DNA from: an uncultured Bordetella sp.
GTDB lineage: Bacteria > Pseudomonadota > Gammaproteobacteria > Burkholderiales > SG8-39
DNA length: 56,174 nucleotides
Assembly (NCBI GenBank): GCA_964385505.1
Contig: CAYLPI010000006.1
Span: 1 to 56,174, forward strand
Direction: 5' to 3'
The position numbers were made by a program, and so were the translations under genes. Numbering within the stretch: position 1 is the stretch's first letter; every line of letters begins with the position of its first letter. Positions 47,957 to 56,174 of this stretch are shown here, piece by piece. The notes under the pieces were generated by a model. The model was given only the letters and a program-made list of their open reading frames with translations. It was not told the origin of the DNA and did no database searches.

Positions 47957-49816
47957 ATGTCCCGCGCCATTCGCAACATCGCCATTATTGCCCACGTCGA
48001 TCACGGCAAGACCACGCTGGTTGACAAGCTGCTGCAGCAGGCAGGCACCTTCGCCGCCCACCAGCAGATGACCGAGCGCGTCATGGACTCCAATGACCTT
48101 GAGCGCGAGCGCGGCATCACCATCCTGGCAAAGAACTGTGCGGTGACCTACGAGGGCACACACATCAATATCGTCGATACCCCCGGCCACGCCGATTTTG
48201 GCGGCGAAGTCGAGCGTGTGCTGTCCATGGTGGACTCGGTCTTGCTGCTGGTCGATGCGGTTGAAGGCCCGATGCCGCAAACACGTTTTGTCACGCGCAA
48301 GGCGTTGGCGCTGGGCTTGAAACCCATCGTCGTCGTCAACAAGATTGATCGTCCCAGTTCGCGCCCGGACTGGGTCGTCAACCACACCTTTGATTTGTTC
48401 GACAAACTTGGCGCGACCGAAGAGCAACTCGATTTCCCGGTCGTCTATGCGTCCGCGCTCCATGGCTGGGCTGTCGCCGACCTCAAGGATGCACCGACCA
48501 CGCCCGAAGAAGTGATCGCCGCCAAGCACAGCATGCGCCCGCTTTTCGATGCCATCCTCAAGCACGTCCCGGTGCGCGCCGACGACGCCGACGGCCCGTT
48601 GCAACTGCAGATCTGCTCGCTCGATTATTCGAGCTATGTCGGCAAGATCGGCATCGGCCGCATCACCCGCGGCCGCGTGCGCACGCTGCAGGACGTGGTG
48701 GTCATGAACGGCCCCGGTTCCACGCCGATCAAAGGCCGCATCAACCAGGTGCTGACCTTCGAAGGCCTCGAGCGCGTGGTTTCCGAAGAGGCGCGTGCCG
48801 GAGACATCGTACTGATCAACGGCATCGAGGAAATCGGCATCGGCTCGACCATCTGCCATCCGGAGCACCTTGATGCGCTGCCGCTGTTGCGCGTGGACGA
48901 GCCCACCCTGACCATGAATTTCATGGTTAATAGCTCCCCCCTCGCCGGTCGTGAGGGCAAATTCGTCACCAGCCGCCAGTTGCGCGAGCGGCTGGAGCGG
49001 GAGCTCAAGAGCAACGTCGCACTGAAGGTCGAGTTCACATCTGATTCGGACACCTTCATCGTCTCCGGCCGCGGCGAACTGCACCTCACCATCCTGCTCG
49101 AGAACATGCGTCGCGAAGGTTACGAGGTGGCCGTCGGTCGGCCGCGCGTAGTGCTCAAGGAAATCGACGGCGTCAAGCAAGAGCCCTACGAGCTGCTCAC
49201 GGTTGATGTCGAGGACACCCATCAGGGCGCGGTGATGGAAGAACTGGGCCGCCGCAAGGGCGACCTGATGGACATGCAGCCGGACGGCAAGGGGCGGGTG
49301 CGTCTCGAATACCGCATTAGCGCTCGCGGCCTGATCGGTTTTCAGGGCGAGTTCCTGACGCTGACGCGCGGCACCGGTCTCGCCAGTCATATTTTCGACG
49401 ACTACGGCCCGCTCAAAGGTGACATGGAAGAGCGTCGCAATGGCGTGCTGATCAGCCAGGACGACGGCGCAGCCGTTGCCTACGCGCTGTGGAAGCTGCA
49501 GGATCGCGGCCGCATGTTCGTGTCGCCCGGCGAGGCCTTGTACGAAGGCATGATCATCGGCATCCACTCGCGTGACAACGACCTGGTGGTGAACCCGATC
49601 AAGGGCAAGCAGCTCACCAACGTGCGTTCTTCCGGCACGGACGAGGCGGTACGTCTGGTGCCGCCGGTGGAGTTGACGCTGGAAAAAGCCGTCGAGTTCA
49701 TCGCCGACGACGAGCTGGTCGAGATCACCCCCAAGTGCATACGCATCCGCAAGCGCCACCTGCTCGAGCACGACCGCAAGCGCGCGTCGCGGTCGGAGTC
49801 GGGCATCGCCGCCTAG
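47957..49816 (+). CDS. typA: Translational GTPase TypA/BipA
   Basis: From the ATG at 47957: [26 protein letters not shown]…[14 protein letters not shown]…NKID. Confidence 0.95.
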   Translation: MSRAIRNIAIIAHVDHGKTTLVDKLLQQAGTFAAHQQMTERVMDSNDLERERGITILAKNCAVTYEGTHINIVDTPGHADFGGEVERVLSMVDSVLLLVDAVEGPMPQTRFVTRKALALGLKPIVVVNKIDRPSSRPDWVVNHTFDLFDKLGATEEQLDFPVVYASALHGWAVADLKDAPTTPEEVIAAKHSMRPLFDAILKHVPVRADDADGPLQLQICSLDYSSYVGKIGIGRITRGRVRTLQDVVVMNGPGSTPIKGRINQVLTFEGLERVVSEEARAGDIVLINGIEEIGIGSTICHPEHLDALPLLRVDEPTLTMNFMVNSSPLAGREGKFVTSRQLRERLERELKSNVALKVEFTSDSDTFIVSGRGELHLTILLENMRREGYEVAVGRPRVVLKEIDGVKQEPYELLTVDVEDTHQGAVMEELGRRKGDLMDMQPDGKGRVRLEYRISARGLIGFQGEFLTLTRGTGLASHIFDDYGPLKGDMEERRNGVLISQDDGAAVAYALWKLQDRGRMFVSPGEALYEGMIIGIHSRDNDLVVNPIKGKQLTNVRSSGTDEAVRLVPPVELTLEKAVEFIADDELVEITPKCIRIRKRHLLEHDRKRASRSESGIAA

Positions 49817-49873
49817 ACCTGTCGCTTGACCGCTGCGTCAAAGGCGCGGCAATTTTCGCGGGCCGGTTGTCCT

Positions 49874-49906
49874 GAAACCCACGCCATTCGTGGGTTTCTT
49901 CGGTTT
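49874..49906 (+). terminator. Rho-independent terminator of typA
   Basis: gaaacccacg-ccatt-cgtgggtttc followed by ttcggttt. Confidence 0.75.
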
Positions 49907-49931
49907 ACAAGCCTGCATATCAGGCTGCGGA

Positions 49932-50300
49932 TTACCGTGTACAGGCCCAAACTGCGACCGTGCATGCGTCCCCGCATTTTCGGAGCGCCTTCGTTTCCGC
50001 CTCCTGCCTGGTCACGCCGGTAGTGGCTGCAAAACGCTTCGGTCCGTTGGCGACGGCGCCGCAACCCTGGCGGAAACTCGCGACCACCTCACACCTGGCG
50101 TGACCACAAAGGCGCAGCGCCTCGGTTTTCGCATCACGCGCGTTTTTGCGGTCCGTCGTGTAGCCATGACTGCCCGAATCGCGATGATAGGCAATGGCGC
50201 CATTGGCCTGGGAGGACTTGAAGTCGGAGGATGCCGCCGCAACCGGAAAAAAGGGAGTCAACAAGGCAAAGACGCCCACAACTGCGAGCAATTTTTTCAT
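49932..50300 (-). CDS. Secreted DUF4189-like Cys-containing protein
   Basis: Signal peptide MKKLLAVVGVFALLTPFFPVAAA, then repeated …A..AL..CG..C… modules. Confidence 0.6.
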   Translation of the reverse strand: MKKLLAVVGVFALLTPFFPVAAASSDFKSSQANGAIAYHRDSGSHGYTTDRKNARDAKTEALRLCGHARCEVVASFRQGCGAVANGPKRFAATTGVTRQEAETKALRKCGDACTVAVWACTR

Positions 50301-50342
50301 GATCTGCTCCTGGGTGGTTTACTGCGTTGTTACAAGGGTGCT

Positions 50343-51092
50343 TCAGTAAGTCGCGCGTCCGCCAGAAATATCGAATACGCCGGCCGTCGAAAACGCGCAG
50401 TCCTCGGACGCAAGCCAGCCGACCAGAGCGGCGATCTCATCGACTCCGACAAACCGGTTCATTGGTATTTTTGACAACATGTAGCTGACGTGTTGCTCCG
50501 ACATCTGGTCAAACAGGGCCGTCCGCGCGGCCGCCGGTGTCACACAATTGACCAGCACACCCGACCGGGCCAACTCCTTGCCCAGGGATTTTGTCAGCGC
50601 AATAATGCCGGCTTTGGAGGCCGAGTAGGCGACGGCATTGGGGTTGCCCTCCTTGCCGGCGACAGAGGCGATATTGACGATACGGCCGTAGCCGTTCCTG
50701 ACCATGTGAGGTGCAATCGCACGGCAGCACAGGAACTGGCTGGTCAGGTTGACTTTGAGCACGCGCTCCCATTCCTCAACCGGGTAATCGACCACCGGCG
50801 CATTTGCGCCGGCAATCCCGGCATTGTTGACCAGCACATCAATTTTGCCGAGCACGCGTGCCGCGTCGGCGGCGGCGGCGGCCACCGACCGTGCGTCGGA
50901 GACATCGATCATGGCGCCGCTTGCATGGTCTTCGCCCAGGGAGTCCAGGGTTTGCTGCAAGGTCTGCGCGTCAACATCCCAGATACGGACGGTGGCCCCG
51001 GAGTCCAGCAGCCGCCTGGCAATGGCAAGGCCGATTCCGGTCGCACCACCGGTTACGATGGCGGTACGTCCGTTGAAATCGAGTTGGTTCAT
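50343..51092 (-). CDS. SDR-family oxidoreductase
   Basis: From the ATG at 51090-51092: MNQLDFNGRTAIVTGGATGIGLAI…NNAG…YSASKAG. Confidence 0.85.
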   Translation of the reverse strand: MNQLDFNGRTAIVTGGATGIGLAIARRLLDSGATVRIWDVDAQTLQQTLDSLGEDHASGAMIDVSDARSVAAAAADAARVLGKIDVLVNNAGIAGANAPVVDYPVEEWERVLKVNLTSQFLCCRAIAPHMVRNGYGRIVNIASVAGKEGNPNAVAYSASKAGIIALTKSLGKELARSGVLVNCVTPAAARTALFDQMSEQHVSYMLSKIPMNRFVGVDEIAALVGWLASEDCAFSTAGVFDISGGRATY

Positions 51093-51479
51093 GGCTTTCG
51101 GTCCAGGTTGGGAGAGCTCACGCTTTTGCGGATGCGCGGTAGGGGCATGGGTTTTTCCAGAACGGGTCAGGGGCAGCTCCAAGCTTGAAGAGTGACATAT
51201 ATTCCGGTCAAATTGCCCATCTGGAGCACTTTACGGACCGCCACAGCATGACCAATCTGCCGTCCATGGTTCCTGCTTTGCATGCGCTTAGAACTTGCTT
51301 TTTTGCAATCCCGGTGCTTCGGATATTGGCTGTCGCTTGGCAGTTCAGGAAAAAATATCCATTTAATTTATATAGTTAGGCGGTCCGGGCACGATTTGTG
51401 AGCGATTTAGCTACAGATTCCGGAGCGCGATTGTTATAATCCGTGACTGCCCGTGGGAGCAAAAAATTCGGAGAAAAAT

Positions 51480-52325
51480 ATGAAATTGTGTCGTTACGGC
51501 AAGAGTGGTTTCGAAAAACCCGGCATGATCGATGCACAGGGTCAGTTGCGTGATTTGTCGCATGTTTTGCCCAATATTGACCAGGGAACGCTCTCGCCCG
51601 CGAGCCTTGCCAAACTGAAAAAGATCAAACCGGAGACGCTGCCGCTGGTAAAAGGCGAGCCGCGCCTGGGTGTTCCCTACACCGGAATATCAAAATTTGT
51701 CGCCATCGGGCTGAACTACTCGGACCATGCCAAGGAAGCCGGCATGCAGATTCCGACCGAGCCGGTGGTCTTCATGAAGGCCACCACCTGTATTTCCGGC
51801 CCCAACGACGACATCATCCAGCCGCGTAATTCGACCAAGCTTGACTGGGAGTGTGAGTTGGCCATCGTCATCGGCACCAAGGCGCAATACGTGTCCGAGG
51901 AAAAGGCGCTCAATTATGTCGCCGGCTACTGCATCGTTAACGACGTGTCCGAGCGTTCCTTCCAGCTGATCACCAGCCAATGGGACAAGGGCAAGAGCAA
52001 CGACAGCTTCGGCCCCATCGGTCCGTGGCTTGTCACCACCGATGAGATCACCGATCCGCAGACGCTGGAGATGTGGCTCGACGTTAACGACGAGCGCAGG
52101 CAGACCGGCAATACCAAGACGATGATTTTCAACTGCGCCAAGATCGTCGCGCATTGTTCAAATTACATGACGCTGCTGCCGGGGGACATCATCACCACCG
52201 GCACGCCGCCTGGTGTGGGCCTTGGTATGAAGCCTGAACCCAGGTTCCTCAAGCCCGGCGATATCGTGACCCTTGGCATTCAGGGGCTCGGTGAGCAGCG
52301 TCAGAAGGTTGTCGCCGCGAAGTAA
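51480..52325 (+). CDS. Fumarylacetoacetate hydrolase-family protein
   Basis: MKLCRYGKSGFEKPGMID…DWECELAIVIG…PGDIITTGTPPGVG. Confidence 0.85.
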   Translation: MKLCRYGKSGFEKPGMIDAQGQLRDLSHVLPNIDQGTLSPASLAKLKKIKPETLPLVKGEPRLGVPYTGISKFVAIGLNYSDHAKEAGMQIPTEPVVFMKATTCISGPNDDIIQPRNSTKLDWECELAIVIGTKAQYVSEEKALNYVAGYCIVNDVSERSFQLITSQWDKGKSNDSFGPIGPWLVTTDEITDPQTLEMWLDVNDERRQTGNTKTMIFNCAKIVAHCSNYMTLLPGDIITTGTPPGVGLGMKPEPRFLKPGDIVTLGIQGLGEQRQKVVAAK

Positions 52326-52346
52326 GTCTTTTCAGGCGCAAGTCGC

Positions 52347-52383
52347 AAAAAAAGGGCGGACCGCAAGGCACCGCCCTTTTTTA
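52347..52383. terminator. Bidirectional terminator between the FAH gene and speD-speE
   Basis: A-run, gggcgg…ccgccc, then T-run. Confidence 0.7.
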
Positions 52384-52394
52384 TTGCGTGCGGC

Positions 52395-53645
52395 TTATTT
52401 GCCGCCGGCGGCGCGGCGCTTGCCGACCAGGGTCGGCGAACTGCGCTGGCCCAGCGTGAGGTCGCGCACGAAATTGGGCAGGGCAAACACGGCTTGATGG
52501 GTGGCGCCGTTGTAATACTGAAGCTGCTCGAGCCCGCGACGTGCGATGCGCTTGTCGATATCCGCCGCGCTCACTGCGGTCGGATCAAGCACGTCAGAGC
52601 AGGACGCCATGGACCACAACGCACCGTAGAGCGGGATGAACATCACATAGGGCTTTACGATCGCAAATTCGGCCGCCAGCCGGCGGTAAATATCGCGCAC
52701 ATGATCGGGCCGCGACACCGGCGAGCCCATGTGCAAGGTCAGGACGCCCCCCGGCGCCAATGCACGCTTGCAGCCGGCAAAGAACGCCGCTTCATACAGC
52801 ACCGCCGCCGGGCCTACCGGGTCGGGCAGATCGAGCACGATAAGGTCGTATTTTTCATCGGTTTCGGCGACGAATTTGAGCCCGTCGGCAATGATCAGTT
52901 GCAACCTTGGATTGTCAAAGACGCCGTGATGGACCTTTTGCAGGTGCGCTTTCGCGACCTCGACCACTTGCGCGTCGAGTTCGACCAGCGTCACGCGTTC
53001 GACCGAAGGGTGTTTAAGGGCTTCCTCGCTCGATCCACCGTCGCCACCGCCGATGATCAGCACTGTTTTGGGCGCGGCATGGGCGGTGAGCGCGGGGTGG
53101 ATCAGGTTCTCGTGATAATGGAATTCGTCGCGCTCCGAGGTCATGAAGCAGCCGTCGAGGCGGAACAGTTTGCCGAACTGCGGCGTGTCATGGATTTCGA
53201 CGTGCTGGAACTGACTTTCGCTGTCGACGAGGCGGCCGGATGAGCGCAGGAAAAAGCCGTAGTCCGGGTTCAGCCACTCGTACATGAATTGTTCATCACG
53301 CGGCACGTCGTGGCGGACGTAATCGCCAGGGGCGTAAAGCGTCATGAAGGCGTTCATCACCGCGCGCGCCTTGTCGCCATTGTCCTGGGTGTAGTTGCAG
53401 ACATAGACGTCGAGTGTCACGCTATCGAGTTCGGGCCAGGTGTGGATGGCGAGATGCGATTCGGCCAGTACCACGGCGCCGGTGACGCCGCCGCCCTCAA
53501 ACTGGTGGAACATGTCGCCGACCACGGTCAGGCCGGAATCGACGATGGTGTCGAGACAGAACTGGCGCAGCAGCGCGGAGTCAGTCAGATACCGCGCATC
53601 CCCTTCGCAGCGGTACAGGTTGGCGACAAGATGGAGACCCTTCAA
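52395..53645 (-). CDS. Fused pyruvoyl-type S-adenosylmethionine decarboxylase (SpeH-like) and spermidine synthase (aminopropyltransferase)
   Basis: TTG start. N-terminus (M)KGLHLVANLYRCEG…VVLAESHLAIHTWPE (ES|H self-cleavage site). C-terminal half VLIIGGGDGGSSEE…VLDLPDP (SpeE fold). Confidence 0.8.
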   Translation of the reverse strand: MKGLHLVANLYRCEGDARYLTDSALLRQFCLDTIVDSGLTVVGDMFHQFEGGGVTGAVVLAESHLAIHTWPELDSVTLDVYVCNYTQDNGDKARAVMNAFMTLYAPGDYVRHDVPRDEQFMYEWLNPDYGFFLRSSGRLVDSESQFQHVEIHDTPQFGKLFRLDGCFMTSERDEFHYHENLIHPALTAHAAPKTVLIIGGGDGGSSEEALKHPSVERVTLVELDAQVVEVAKAHLQKVHHGVFDNPRLQLIIADGLKFVAETDEKYDLIVLDLPDPVGPAAVLYEAAFFAGCKRALAPGGVLTLHMGSPVSRPDHVRDIYRRLAAEFAIVKPYVMFIPLYGALWSMASCSDVLDPTAVSAADIDKRIARRGLEQLQYYNGATHQAVFALPNFVRDLTLGQRSSPTLVGKRRAAGGK

Positions 53646-53720
53646 TTTGCATAAATCCCCGTGATGTTGGCGAGCCCGTGTGTCACTGTGTTTGTATCGC
53701 GATTTCTCTTCGCGCCGGCT

Positions 53721-54569
53721 CTACGACTGAGATGCGAACATCTCCCGCTTCATTTCTTCAACCACCGCATCGATCAGATTTCGAGCGATGCTTATTTTAG
53801 CAGGTAGTCGGGGCAAAGAGGAAATATCAAACCACTCCGCGGCGATGATCTCGACGCCATCCATGGCGATTTCACCGCTGTCGTGGTCGGCGACAAAGGC
53901 GATCATCAGCGAGTGCGGAAAGGGCCAGGGCTGACTGGCGAAATAACGCGGATTCCTGATGTGTATGCCGACTTCCTCGAAGACTTCGCGGGCGAGGCAT
54001 TGTTCGAGTGTTTCTCCCGATTCGACGAATCCGGCGAGCGCGCTGTACATGCCCTCGGGAAAACGCGGCGATCGTGCCAGCAGGATGCTGTTGCCGCGCC
54101 GGATGAGCGCCATCACCGCCGGTGCGATGCGCGGGTAAAAGGTGAGATTGCAGGTCGGGCATTGGCGCGAGCGCTCGTCTGTGCGCGATATCGTCGGCGT
54201 GCCGCATTTGCCGCAATACTGGTGGCTGCGGTCCCAGTCGACGATTTGCAGCGCGCGGCCGGCGAGGGCAAAGCGCGCGTCGTCGATTTGTCCGAACAGC
54301 GCGCGCAGTCCGTTGAAGGTCCAGCCCTCCGGGACGGGCGCGTCGGCGTGTACGTCGCAGGAAAAACAATGCGTGTCACCGAGCAATCCGAGGTACTGGC
54401 TGCGCAGCGGCGCGAGGCCGAGCGACTCGGGCCGCGCCGGCAGGCCGAAATGCCCGTCCGCGACCAGTAACTCGGTATCGCGGAACACGAACCATTGGAT
54501 GTTGCCGGAGGACGGTTCCGGTGCGCAAATGCCCGCGACATAAGACTGTGGCGAGGAAAAGGGCATCAT
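53721..54569 (-). CDS. nudC: NAD+ diphosphatase NudC (Nudix with zinc ribbon)
   Basis: CGKCGTPT…CPTCN zinc ribbon. Nudix box GFVESGETLEQCLAREVFEEVG. The first ATG is at 54567-54569; the track ORF begins at an upstream TTG. Confidence 0.85.
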   Translation of the reverse strand: MMPFSSPQSYVAGICAPEPSSGNIQWFVFRDTELLVADGHFGLPARPESLGLAPLRSQYLGLLGDTHCFSCDVHADAPVPEGWTFNGLRALFGQIDDARFALAGRALQIVDWDRSHQYCGKCGTPTISRTDERSRQCPTCNLTFYPRIAPAVMALIRRGNSILLARSPRFPEGMYSALAGFVESGETLEQCLAREVFEEVGIHIRNPRYFASQPWPFPHSLMIAFVADHDSGEIAMDGVEIIAAEWFDISSLPRLPAKISIARNLIDAVVEEMKREMFASQS

Positions 54570-54611
54570 GGCGTGCAATTCCCGGATCTGTTTGGCCGAC
54601 GCGGGAACGCG

Positions 54612-55484
54612 TCAGGTTTTGCGCAAACGCCGGATCAGGCTCGAGGTGTCCCAGCGGTTGCCGCCGAGTATTTGCACATCGGCGTAGAACTGGTCGACTT
54701 GCTGCGTTACCGGCAGCGGCGCGCCGAGCTCCGCCGCCTGTTCCATGGCGATGCGCAGGTCCTTGCGCATCCAGTCCACGGCAAAGCCGAACTCGAACTT
54801 GTCATCGACCATGGTCTTGCCGCGGTTCTCCATTTGCCAGGACTGCGCCGCCCCCTTGGAAATCACGTCGATCAGCAGTTTGGCGTCGAGGCCGGCCTTT
54901 TGCGCGAAGTTGATGCCCTCGGACAAGGCCTGCACCAGGCCGGCGATGCAGATCTGGTTGACCATTTTTGCCAGCTGGCCGGAACCAGAGGCGCCCATCA
55001 GCGTGACCGCCTTGGCAAAATGCATCATCACCGGTTTGGCCGTCTCGAACGCCGCTGCGTCGCCGCCGACCATGACCGTCAGCGCACCATTCTCAGCACC
55101 GGCCTGGCCGCCGGACACCGGGGCGTCGAGAAATTTGCAGCCATGCTTGTCCGCTTCGGTCGCAAGCTCGCGTGCGATTTTTGCCGATGCCGTGGTGTGA
55201 TCGACGATGATCGCGCCCTTGTCCGCACCGCTGAATATGCCGTCCTTGCCGAGCATCACTTCGCGCAGGTCGGGGTCGTCGCCGACGCAGCAGAACACGA
55301 TCTGTGCGCCCTTTGCCGCCTCGGCCGGCGTTGCCGCGGGCTTGCCGCCGAATTTGGCCGCCCAGGCGTCGGCCTTGGCGCGCGTGCGGTTGAACACCGC
55401 GACTTCTTGGCCGCCTTTGGCAACCAGATGACCTGCCATGGGAAAGCCCATGACGCCCAGTCCGATAAATGCGAGCTTCGCCAT
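54612..55484 (-). CDS. NAD(P)-dependent 3-hydroxyisobutyrate dehydrogenase-family oxidoreductase
   Basis: From the ATG at 55482-55484: MAKLAFIGLGVMGFPMAGHL…. Confidence 0.85.
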   Translation of the reverse strand: MAKLAFIGLGVMGFPMAGHLVAKGGQEVAVFNRTRAKADAWAAKFGGKPAATPAEAAKGAQIVFCCVGDDPDLREVMLGKDGIFSGADKGAIIVDHTTASAKIARELATEADKHGCKFLDAPVSGGQAGAENGALTVMVGGDAAAFETAKPVMMHFAKAVTLMGASGSGQLAKMVNQICIAGLVQALSEGINFAQKAGLDAKLLIDVISKGAAQSWQMENRGKTMVDDKFEFGFAVDWMRKDLRIAMEQAAELGAPLPVTQQVDQFYADVQILGGNRWDTSSLIRRLRKT

Positions 55485-55621
55485 ATCCAATCTCCGCGTG
55501 AGGTGTACAGCGCGCCGCCATCGGGGTAGGGGGTCGATAGCCAAAGGCCGCTGTTTGGCCGATAATTATAAGTTCTGCCGCATCCTGACACGAATAAATT
55601 TCCCCTCTCAATGACCCCGCC

Positions 55622-56174
<553 letters not shown>

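Noticed and set aside
51185-51379. 64-aa ORF in the AT-rich divergent spacer between the SDR and FAH genes. An extended -10-like TGTTATAAT lies at 51432-51440.
   Set aside because: The ORF has AT-rich codons atypical for this genome, no RBS and no recognisable motif. The -10-like element lacks a convincing -35 and sits only about 40 nt from the FAH ATG, so it is plausible but unsupported.

Overview
High-GC chromosomal segment with betaproteobacterial-type synteny (glnA-DUF4124-ntrB-ntrC; aceE-aceF-lpdA where the E3 carries its own lipoyl domain). Most of it is housekeeping: a liv-type ABC importer, thiC behind a TPP riboswitch, uppP, glnA/ntrBC, aceB, xthA, prlC, folD, the pyruvate dehydrogenase complex, rpiA, phoU, yggX, argA, rsmE, typA, nudC and the start of tkt. 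I found no rRNA, tRNA, CRISPR array, transposase or integrase. The accessory part is about 7.7-24.9 kb. It holds: (i) a four-gene RiPP operon, with a DUF2282 Cys-rich secreted precursor, a DUF692 multinuclear non-heme iron oxidase, its DUF2063 partner and DoxX (bufferin/gig type); (ii) directly upstream, a five-gene operon of TetR, peroxiredoxin-like protein, AhpD/CMD-like protein, a cytoplasmic reductive-dehalogenase homologue and an L-2-haloacid dehalogenase; (iii) an ECF sigma factor with a small ZAS anti-sigma factor, diverging from that operon, which probably belongs with the RiPP operon; (iv) a rhodanese/GGT/TauD/TAXI-TRAP module next to a relic fragment of a second GGT-like gene. Four copies of one REP-like hairpin element sit in intergenic spacers. 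Other points are a fused AdoMet decarboxylase-spermidine synthase gene with a TTG start, a 13-bp tandem repeat in the aceE-aceF spacer, and a triple direct repeat in the AT-rich aceB promoter region. All functions are inferred from motifs read in the translations. No database search was possible.
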